A stretch of DNA of 63,846 nucleotides, the filler included, from Octopus bimaculoides (lineage: Eukaryota): assembly GCF_001194135.2 (NCBI RefSeq). It is 4 parts of 4 records of this genome, joined end to end, with 100 filler letters (N's around TTAATTAATTAA, not from the genome) between each part and the next. Parts side by side here need not be neighbours in the genome. Positions count along the whole stretch, not along the records: positions 51,444 to 63,846 come from NC_068983.1; 3 more parts are not named here. The stretch is one strand, 5' to 3'. This document shows, one piece after another, positions 54,161 through 63,846 of the stretch (position 1 is its first letter; each line of letters begins with the position of its first letter). The notes beneath the pieces were generated by a model, which searched no databases, was not told the DNA's origin, and saw only the letters and a list, made by a program, of their open reading frames with translations. The position numbers and the translations under genes are program-made.

Positions 54161-55326
54161 CTACACCTATTGTTTATGTCCTTGCAATTTAGCCGTTCAA
54201 TAAAAGATAGTGATAGAATAAGTACCAGTGTTGAAATAAGTACTGGAGTCAATTTATTCATTTAAACCCTACAAGACCATGCTCTAGCATGGTAGTGTGG
54301 CAACAATCCAGTGACTAAAACAAATTAAAAGATGAAGAAAACCAGAAAAGTATAGGTGAATTTATAATATAGAAACTGTAGATGTTTATTACGTTTCAAA
54401 TTGTTGGATGATCTTTCTCTTATTAACTGTACAGTTCCACAGCCCTATTTACTTACAGGTATCCCCTGCATTATGGAAACATGTTCCTGAAAATATTGCT
54501 GTGGTGTGGAATTCTGTAATGTTGAACTCCATGCATATTGCATGGCTGTGTGGTTAAGAAACTTTCCAAACATGTGGTCTTAGGTTCAGTCCTACTACAT
54601 AGCACTTGAGAAAGTGTCTTCTACAATAGTCTTGAGTTGGCCAAAGCCTTGTGAGTGAATTTGGTAGATGGGCTAGTAATGATAAAAAAAAGCCTGTCGT
54701 GTGTGTATGTGTACTTGCGTGTGTTTATGTTTACACTTGTCTAGACAACATGTGGTGGTTGTAAATGAGCATCATTGTCATATAAGTGAGGTTGTTTGCA
54801 GTCTTCTTTGTAAAACATTTCTAGCTATGGTGAACTACTACTTTGCTTGGAAACAGATGAGGATTGGCAACAAGAAGGGCATCCAGCTGTAGAATATCTT
54901 ACTTCATCAAATTCTGTCTGATTCATGCAAACATAGATAAGTGGATGTTAAAATGACGATAAAAACCTATATGCCATTGACTTCCCTGTTACATAGGGGT
55001 CACTAGGAAATATGTTTTGTGTTAGGGAATTCCATGGTATGGCAAGATTTTCAGCTATTCATTGCTTCTATAGCACAGGGTGTTTCTGAGCTTCATTTAA
55101 GGACTTGAAGCAATGCTTACTCATTGATGAATTAAAAAAAAAAAATTAAAGATACATTGCCATTTAATATATACTAATATTGTCAAGTAAATACCTAATA
55201 TATATATATATAAAAAAAAAAAAAAAACGATCCTTTTTTCAGTCTATTAATATGCTTTATAAAAAATTTTTATGAATGCATTTTAATTAAAGAATATTTT
55301 TTTTTATTGGAAATTTCTTTTTAAAG

Positions 55327-55405
55327 AGATGAAAATGAATTATCTGACGATGATGATAACAGCGAAGAGGAAAATGGTGAAAAAGCATCAGCTGGGAACT
55401 GTGAG
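55327..55405 (+). CDS. BMS1: BMS1 acidic exon (DENELSDDDDNSEEENGEKASAGNCE)
   Basis: tttttaaAG acceptor and GTAAAT donor; 79 nt, phase 2 to 0, matching the previous exon. Acidic tract as expected at this position in BMS1. Confidence 0.8.
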
Positions 55406-55883
55406 GTAAATTACTAAGTATATATTGCTCTGTCTCTCTCAAACACACACACTACTATATATATACCGCCTGGCTGGCCTTCGTGCGGGTGACGCGTGGG
55501 GGCGCCCNNNNNNNNNNNNNNNNNNNNNNNNNNNNNNNNNNNNNNNNNNNNNNNNNNNNNNNNNNNNNNNNNNNNNNNNNNNNNNNNNNNNNNNNNNNNN
55601 NNNNNNNNNNNNNNNNNNNNNNNNNNNNNNNNNNNNNNNNNNNNNNNNNNNNNNNNNNNNNNNNNNNNNNNNNNNNNNNNNNNNNNNNNNNNNNNNNNNN
55701 NNNNNNNNNNNNNNNNNNNNNNNNNNNNNNNNNNNNNNNNNNNNNNNNNNNNNNNNNNNNNNNNNNNNNNNNNNNNNNNNNNNNNNNNNNNNNNNNNNNN
55801 NNNNNNNNNNNNNNNNNNNNNNNNNNNNNNNNNNNNNNNNNNNNNNNNNNNNNNNNNNNNNNNNNNNNNNNNNNNNNNNNNNN

Positions 55884-55929
<46 letters not shown>

Positions 55930-56004
55930 GGTCAGATGTTAACTTGAGTATTTGTTTTTGTCATATATGTATGTAGAAATGAATATAAAATTTTTAATTG
56001 GCAG

Positions 56005-56064
56005 AGAAATTACAAAAATGATTCAAGGGCTGAGAGTTTCATGCATGACACTTATCAAGCTCTG
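56005..56064 (+). CDS. BMS1: Probable BMS1 60-nt exon (RNYKNDSRAESFMHDTYQAL)
   Basis: tttttaattggcAG acceptor and GTAAGA donor; open frame, phase 0-0, fits between its neighbours. No homology recognised. Confidence 0.55.
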
Positions 56065-58119
56065 GTAAGAATTTGATAAGTGCTATGCATGAAACTTATA
56101 GTTTTGTAGGTTTTCTGCCAATTAAAATATGGGTCTGCATATGTGTGTGTGTGTGGGTTTATGTTCTATTACTACTGCTTTTTCTTCCAGACCTATATAT
56201 AAATATATAAGCTTGGCTGTATGGTTGAGAAGTGTGCTTCCCAACCACGTAGTTTTGGGTTCATTCCCACTAGTAGTCACCTCCATTCAAAATGGAAGTG
56301 ATTACCAATACTTGAAGAATTGTGGAAATTCATTCTACAAAATGCACTGCCTGTCTGGGAATTGAAACCCTGATCTTGTGATCATGAATGCAATACCCTA
56401 ACCACTAGGCCATACACCTGATATATATGAAGCAAAACTGAGCTAAAAGAAATAACTCATAGTGGCTGGTGGCATGTAATTGAACAACATAAACAAATGC
56501 AAGTATATGGAATACCAAACAATATAGATTGTTGATTTATTAAAATTATCCCTATTAGAAACCAGGCCAGAACGGACAGCTGGAACCTGTTGCAGCTCCC
56601 CCGCTAGCCAGCTGCTGTCAAACCATCCAACCCATGCCAGCATGGAAAATGGATGCTAAATGATATGATGATATGATATCCCTACCTCTAGAGGCTGTAT
56701 CATAATTTCCAAATAGCAGTTAAGACCAGCTCCACATGAGAAGTCTTGAGATAGTCTTAAGTCTCATGCATTTCTCAATGTTGACATACCATTGAGGAAA
56801 AAGACAGGGTTATTGTCTGGAGATAAGAGGACAGTAGTGGAAATACCTTTCTGCCTCATCAGCACGACAGTTGTCTAACCATATCACTATTAACCAAAAG
56901 ACTTATCTTAATATATGTGTATATATATATATGTGTGTGGGTAAGTTTGGAGGGATATATTTGGGCAGATACTGTGGCTCTCAGTTAAGTCCCTGTATTT
57001 GATGTTTATGACTACTATTAGTTGTCAGTCACTCTGTAAATTCCTCCAATGGGCAATTCTGTGTTTGTTTCATTGGACGGTAATATTGTCTGGAGTATAT
57101 ATTGGCAGTAATTATGATGATATAGAATATGGAGACCTGTTTATCCTCAAATTTTATTTCCCCTTATTTTACAATTTTATACAACATATTTGACCATAAT
57201 AATATGCTGTATAAAACTGTAAAATATGGGGAAATAAATTTTGAGGATGAACAAGTCTCCATATTCTATATTGTCATAATTACTGTTAATATATATGTAT
57301 ATGCATGCCTTGCAAGATCCCTTGTGCTGATCCATGTAAAAAGCACCCAGCACACTCCATAAAGTGGTTGACCTTAGGAAGGGCATCCAGCCATACAAAA
57401 CCAAGTCAGATCAGACTGAAACTTGGTACAGCTCCCCAGCTTGCCAGCCCTGGTCAAACCATCCAACCCATGCCAGCATGGAAAACGGATGATAAATGGT
57501 GATGATGATATATGGTGATAGAAGCAGAGCCACCCTAGGGTAGGTGTTGTAGCCATTGCAGTATTGGTGCCCAGAGTGGTCATAGGCCCATGAATTTATG
57601 GGCTATACAGGAAAGATTTGATATGGGTGGGTGAGGGTATCCATTTCTTTTCATCTAACCCCTATACCCATTAGCATCTAAAAATGGCTCAGAAGGGAAT
57701 AACTTATTGAAAAAAGAAAATAAAAGTTATTTGCTTTCTTTATTACAATTATCATTAGGGATAGTGCTTATGTGTAGTTTCTCTAGCATGAAGTAAATAA
57801 GAGATAAGATAACTTATAGATATAAACCACTGTCTTCTGTGTTTGTTACTAACTGATAACTAACTATTTGCGTAGTGACAAACACTTGGTTGTCTGCCAA
57901 TTATATGCATGACTGCACAGTATCAACATCTAATTTAATCATGTGTGAGTATGTTAAGAAGCTTGCTTTCCAATCATGTGGTCTTTGGTTCAGTCCCACT
58001 GTGTGGCACTTTGGGCAAGTGTCTTCTATTATACTCTGGGCTGTTCAAAGTTTTGTGAGTGAATTTTGTAGATGGAAACAGAAGAAGCCTGTCGTATATA
58101 TATATATATATATATATAT

Positions 58120-58370
58120 ATGGGAGAATATACGAAAAAACAACAACAGACGAGGACAGGTGGTGTAAATAACAAAAGGATGTATTAGTATGACGCTCGG
58201 GAATACGGAAAGTCTTTGACGTTTCGAGCTACGCTCTTCAACAGAAAGAATACGGAGAAAACAAGGAGAAAAACACGGAGTAAAAAAATTGAATAGTGTC
58301 CAGTCAACGGTCAATCATAATAATGGCTGATCATAACAATGGCTGACCGGAAGTTAGAAATTCTTTAGCC
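58120..58370 (-). mobile_element. Probable Penelope-like element terminal repeat (pLTR) remnant
   Basis: Non-coding repeat carrying the minimal hammerhead architecture known from Penelope-like elements; truncated by a gap. Confidence 0.45.
58213..58249 (-). ncRNA. Minimal type-I hammerhead ribozyme-like motif (core variant CUGUUGA)
   Basis: Minus strand reads TCTTT-CTGTTGA-A-GAGC gta GCTC-GAA-ACGT-C-AAAGA: stem I, core, stem II, palindromic stem III and a GUC site. Confidence 0.55.
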
Positions 58371-58803
58371 AATATATATATATATNNNNNNNNNNNNNNN
58401 NNNNNNNNNNNNNNNNNNNNNNNNNNNNNNNNNNNNNNNNNNNNNNNNNNNNNNNNNNNNNNNNNNNNNNNNNNNNNNNNNNNNNNNNNNNNNNNNNNNN
58501 NNNNNNNNNNNNNNNNNNNNNNNNNNNNNNNNNNNNNNNNNNNNNNNNNNNNNNNNNNNNNNNNNNNNNNNNNNNNNNNNNNNNNNNNNNNNNNNNNNNN
58601 NNNNNNNNNNNNNNNNNNNNNNNNNNNNNNNNNNNNNNNNNNNNNNNNNNNNNNNNNNNNNNNNNNNNNNNNNNNNNNNNNNNNNNNNNNNNNNNNNNNN
58701 NNNNNNNNNNNNNNNNNNNNNNNNNNNNNNNNNNNNNNNNNNNNNNNNNNNNNNNNNNNNNNNNNNNNNNNNNNNNNNNNNNNNNNNNNNNNNNNNNNNN
58801 NNN

Positions 58804-59170
58804 NGAAAAGCCGGTGACACATGAAAAGCACCATTTGAGCGTGATCGTTGCCAGTGTCGCCTTACCGGCACGTGAAAAGCAACATTCGAGCATGGTTGTT
58901 GCCAGTGCCACCGGACTGGCTCCCGTGCAGGTAGCACGTAAAAACACCTTTGAGTGAGGTTGTTGTCAGAACTGCCTGACTGGCCCTCGTGCTGGTGGCA
59001 CGTAAAAAGCACCCACTACACACTCGGAGTGGTTGGCGTTAGGAAGGGCATCCAGCTGTAGAAACTTTGCCAGATCAGGTTGAGCCTGGTGCCGCCTCTG
59101 GCTCACCAGTCCACAGTCAAACCATTCAACCCATGCCAGCATGGAAAGCAGACGTTAAACGATGATGATA
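58804..59170 (+). mobile_element. SINE-like family D with internal tandem subrepeats
   Basis: Repeated ..cacgtaaaagcacc.. subunits followed by the family D 3' end. Confidence 0.8.
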
Positions 59171-59284
59171 TATATGTGTGTGTGTGTGTGTGTGCATACA
59201 TACATGCACATATGTATACATATATATACATACAAACATATACACATGCACACATATGTATATATATATATATATATATATATC

Positions 59285-59432
59285 ATCATCATCATCATCG
59301 TTTAACGTCCACTTTCCATGCTAGCATGGGTTGGACGATTTGACTGAGGACTGGTGAAACCGGATGGCAACACCAGGCTCCAATCTAATTTGGCAGAGTT
59401 TCTACAGCTGGATGCCCTTCCTAACGCCAACC
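59285..59432 (-). mobile_element. Family D 3' end, inverted
   Basis: Reverse complement of 51500-51650 and 59030-59167. Confidence 0.85.
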
Positions 59433-59783
59433 ATATATATACTTATTTAAAAGCAGCAGAAATATAACAAAAGACTACCTCCTTGACTGTGGTTCTTTTC
59501 TTGTGAGTTACTTGGTGACCTAACTAATGTTGGTGCCTTGTAAAAAGCACCCACTATACTCTGTAAAAGGGTTGGCATTACAAGAGGCATCTAGCTGTAG
59601 AAGCAGACATTGCGGCTTGGTGCAGTCCTCAGGTTCACCAGCTTCTTTTAAAATGTCCAGCTGTTGCCAGCCTGTAAAATGGACGTTTAATGATGATCAA
59701 TATGTCCATTGTGTTTCTAGTTGTTGGTAATGTTTTCACATTTTTTTTGTCAAAATATTTGTATTTCTGATACATTTTTGTAG

Positions 59784-59831
59784 GAAGACACTGATTCAGA
59801 AACTGAAGAACCTGCAGCAAAGAAACCAAAG
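59784..59831 (+). CDS. BMS1: BMS1 48-nt exon (EDTDSETEEPAAKKPK)
   Basis: tttttgtAG acceptor and GTAAGG donor; phase 0-0; acidic sequence followed by a basic NLS-like motif. Confidence 0.75.
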
Positions 59832-60493
59832 GTAAGGATGTCTCTGAAGTTATTTCTTTCCACCTCCTCCAATGCCACCTCCCCTCTCAAAAGAGATTTT
59901 TTTTGTCTTGCAAGTACTTGGTGACCCTGTCAGTGCAGGTGCCACTTAAAAGCATCCAGTCTATACTGTAAAGTGGTTGGTGTTTGGAAGGGCATCCAGC
60001 TGTAAAAACCTTGCCAAAACTGACCTCATCTGTGCTTGTGCCACGTAAAAAGCACTAAGTTCATTCTGCTGTGTGGTTGGTGTTAGGAAGGGCATCCAGC
60101 TGTAAAAATCCTGCCAAAACAGGTACAGAAGTCTGGTGCAGGTTTCTGCCTGGCCAGCTCTTGTAAAATCCGTCCCACCCATGCCAGCATGGAAAGCAGA
60201 TATTAAATGATGAATGATGATGATTGTACTTATGATATAGGTGCAAGCATAGTTGTTTGGATATGGAATTCACTTCTTGCTTACATGGGTTTTGAATTCT
60301 ATTTCACTGCTTGGTTCTTTGAGCAAGAATCTTCTTCTATTGCCTTGGGCTGATCAATGGTGTGTGAGTGAAATTGGTTGACAGAAATTTATTACACTAG
60401 TGTAATAATAATTGGGTATTCTTCCGGCAGTATATTGGATAGATATTATCCCTTAGTGGGTTAGATTCACAACCCCTAACTTTCTTGGATATA

Positions 60494-60583
<90 letters not shown>

Positions 60584-60884
60584 CACACATCTATAACTAA
60601 TTCATAGTTAGACAGTATTATTGTTATTGATAATATATATTTATTGCAAATATACAAATGGGATATTTATTTAGTTTCATAATTATGTTTATTTTGAAAA
60701 TTTGTATTCCATTTCATTATTGAAATTTGGATGAAGTAAAATTATAATTATTGTACCTGGCACAATAATTATAATCTTATGCATTCAACGGCAAGAATAT
60801 GTTTCTAACATTACCTGTTATATGATAGGTAAGGCTCTGTTTCATTATTGTTAACATGGCTAAACTATTTATATTTTATTTTAG

Positions 60885-61068
60885 ATAACTAAATCTGCAA
60901 AATTATCTCGAGAGGCTGGTGCAGTGCCACCTGGTTCTTCATCATCTGATGAGGAAGATGAAGCTGAGGATGATGAAGAGAGTGATGAGGATGATGATGA
61001 TGATGATGATAACAACTCTCAAGAAAGTGGTGTTGAAGATTTAAGCTTTGATGATAGTCAAGAAAAGG
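60885..61068 (+). CDS. BMS1: BMS1 acidic exon (ITKSAKLSREAGAVPPGSSSSDEEDEAEDDEESDEDDDDDDDNNSQESGVEDLSFDDSQEK)
   Basis: tattttAG acceptor and GTGAGC donor; 184 nt, phase 0 to 1, in phase with the next exon. Confidence 0.85.
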
Positions 61069-62737
61069 GTGAGCACTTGTTTTTGTTTTCTTTTTGAAAG
61101 ATTGGTGAGTTTATAATTTGTTTTGTGTGTGTACAGGCATTGTCATGTGATTAGGAAAGTCACACTGCAACAACGTGGTTTCACGTTTAATCCTACTGCA
61201 TGGATATGCATCTTCCATTGTAGCATTGCATTGACCAATACTTTGAAAGTGAGATTTGATAGATGGAAACTGAGGAAGCATTTTGCATCTGTACGTTTAT
61301 GTTGTGAACATTAAAATGTTGAGACTTAGCTGTTCTATAAACGGAGATCCATGAAATAGATACCAGAATGAAACAAAATAATGGGGTTAATATGACCGAC
61401 TAAAACACATGACAGTTCACTGTATTCCTGTGTGTTGTAAGAGGTGACTAAAAAGATTGATGGTGAAAGCTGCTTCAAAAATGTTCTATCCAACTATGCA
61501 AGCATGGAAAAGCAGATTTAAGAGCAGTGTTGATGATATGTTTTATACGTACATGAATAGACTGTCAAGTACTTAATATAAAAAACAAACTGTTAAATGA
61601 TATATCTGTAGAGTTTTTCCTATTGTATATAAACAAAATCTGTGAATAATGATTGTTTAAAACTTTAACCCATTGCTTATCATATATGATATACATTCCC
61701 AATTTCTTTCAACCACCAGAGTAATTTGGCACCAATCATAACTATGGTTTCACTTGGCTTGACAAGACCTGTCAAGCCAAGTGAAATCACAGTCATGACT
61801 GATGCCAGTGTTGCATAACCTGCACTTGTGCTGGTGGCACATAAAACGCATCATTTGAATGTTGGGCCTCATGGAGGCAGTGACAAGTGACCGGGACCTT
61901 TGGCGTCATATTGTGCTTGAAAAGACCTGTCAAGTAATAACCATACATTCATATAGTTTGGTCTAATACTTTGTTCTATAATAAAAGATACTTTTGACAT
62001 AGAATTTGGACCAGTAATATGGAAGTCTAGGCCTGTATAGTGCTTGTCTATTCATTAGACAGTTTCAGTCATAGATAACCTTTTGAAAAGAATATAATTC
62101 TTCAAACTTTGGTTGATTACTGGTGACAGTTTTTCTTTTATTTGTCAATATATTTAGTTTCCATAAAGCTTATTCATTTATAATTTTTACAGCTTTTTCT
62201 TCTTACGTTCTCATAGTTTTGTTTTGATTATTTATTTGTTAAATTAACAGACCTGGTCAGTTGACTAAAATTAAACAGCTTTAACTACTATAATCTTAAA
62301 TCACTGTATGATAGAGTCCCTCATATTATGAAGTCATTATCTGGTAGGGTCTTCCATATTAACTATTTTGTTACCATATTTCTTTTGAGATACACTGCTT
62401 TTGTGTGACTCAATTAAAAAAAAAAAAACTTGTTTCAATTAATTAAAAAAAAATTTTTGAAATAAAAAATTTATTAAAATGACTTTGTCATTATTAATCT
62501 GGTGTTCAGATCATAGATTTATATCACTTTTAAACTTGAAGTTTGTATCTTAGAATCAGGACAGTTTGGACAGGTTGGTATCAAAGGATTACATAATTTT
62601 GTAAGGAGACATTATAGCGGAATATGGTGTTGTTTAATAAAATTATTTCTGAAATCGTATAATTAGTTTTTTTGAGTATTATTTAGAATTTTATTGTAAT
62701 TGAATAATATAATGTTTTAAGTTTTAAATTTTAACAG

Positions 62738-62839
62738 GACATCTTCATTGGAAATCAGACTTATTAAAAAAGGCTTCCATCTCCTTCAAGCAAAGACGGT
62801 CAGAGAAAAAAAACTTCCGAAAACTGATATATGGTGATG
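62738..62839 (+). CDS. BMS1: BMS1 exon (GHLHWKSDLLKKASISFKQRRSEKKNFRKLIYGD)
   Basis: ttttaacAG acceptor and GTAAGC donor; 102 nt, phase 1 to 1. Matches the conserved BMS1 motif GALKWKEDLSRKAAEAFLRQQQAAPNLRKLIYG (human, recalled). Confidence 0.92.
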
Positions 62840-63063
62840 GTAAGCATTACTACCATTTGGTAGTACTTTTGTGTTTTTGCTTTATTCCTTTTCTAAACCC
62901 ATTTAATATGTTTTTAGGAAAATAAAATTTAGATGTTTTGGGAAGGCAGTGGTAATTCTTTAATGCTGTAATATGAAATGGGATTAAAATTGGTTATTTT
63001 TAGTTTTTCTTTGAAGAATTGATGTCTCTGAGATTATATTGTTCTCATAAGAATGTTGTTTAA

Positions 63064-63379
63064 CCATTTTGTTACCATATTTCTGGGTTCAATTAATTTT
63101 TAAACTAATGAAAACTGGCCGTATCTGGCTCAAATATCCTACTTGTTTTATGCTCAAACTGGCCAGATCCTGTCTCTCATACCTATCCTTCAAGATCATA
63201 CTAAAGATACACAATCATATCATTGAGATCTTGAAACTGAGATAATGCATGATAAATATGAAACAATGTAAATAATCAAGCATTACATTTGACAGACTAA
63301 TCTGAATGCTAAAGGATGAATACAGGAGATTTGTATAATAGAACCAGGGGCAGTTTCATGCCAGTTGGTATCAAAATGG
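63064..63379. mobile_element. piggyBac-type MITE
   Basis: TTAA|CCATTTTGTTACC ... GGTATCAAAATGG|TTAA (13-bp TIR with one mismatch, TTAA TSD). Confidence 0.7.
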
Positions 63380-63699
63380 TTAAACATATTTCAGCTTAAA
63401 TCAAATAGACCCATGACCAAAGGCATTCCTGTCATAACTATTTTGTATTTTTCTTCTGACATAGTAAACCTGGGAATACATTAACCAATGTATTCTTTTT
63501 TCTTTAACACAGTAGAATACAGTGGCATTTGTATGAGATTTGAGATAGGCTGTTATTTCTAACAGATTGACTGACTGTTTAGAGTCTCTTTTATTGCCAC
63601 ATGGACTTTGTTTAGAGTCTCCCCATTGGGTTCTCTCTTTAGAAATAGTTAGTATTTCATGTCTTTTGTGTATTTTTCTTATTAGAATGTATTCAGGAG

Positions 63700-63846
63700 T
63701 GACTGTGTGGTAAGTGGTCCGGGTTCAGTCCCACTGCGTGGCACCTTGGGCAAGTGTCTTCTACTATACCCTCGGGCCGACCAAAGCCTTGTGAGTGGAT
63801 TTGGTGGACGGAAACTGAAAGAAGCCTGCCGTATATATATATATGT
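63700..63846 (+). mobile_element. SINE family B, 5' half
   Basis: ccgggttcagtcccactgcgtggcaccttgggcaagtgtcttctactata...gacggaaactgaaagaagcc. Confidence 0.9.

Noticed and set aside
58804-59010. Regularly spaced cacgtaaaagcacc repeats reminiscent of a CRISPR array
   Set aside because: Internal subrepeats of a eukaryotic SINE-like family. The spacers are related to each other and there are no cas genes.

Overview
Eukaryotic, AT-rich, microsatellite-dense genomic DNA from a draft assembly with many N gaps. The repeat families suggest an octopus or other coleoid cephalopod (inference from recalled repeat families, not a database search). The only host gene I can support is the middle part of BMS1 (ribosome biogenesis GTPase), on the + strand at 53.2-62.8 kb, as six exons with consistent splice phases. 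Its 5' exons are not visible in the 53 kb upstream, and the gene runs off the right end. The rest is decayed mobile DNA: several tRNA-derived SINE families, mariner DD34D, DD37D (maT-like) and Tc1 DD34E relics, R4/Dong-like and other REL-endonuclease LINE fragments, a CR1/L2-like LINE, hAT and piggyBac-type MITEs, and Penelope-like terminal repeats. The best leads are a minimal hammerhead-ribozyme fold with a non-canonical core antisense in a BMS1 intron, plus more degenerate copies elsewhere; several long hairpins (pre-miRNA-like or possible ADAR substrates); and an abrupt change in CpG content and repeat composition at an artificial scaffold linker just upstream of the first BMS1 exon.
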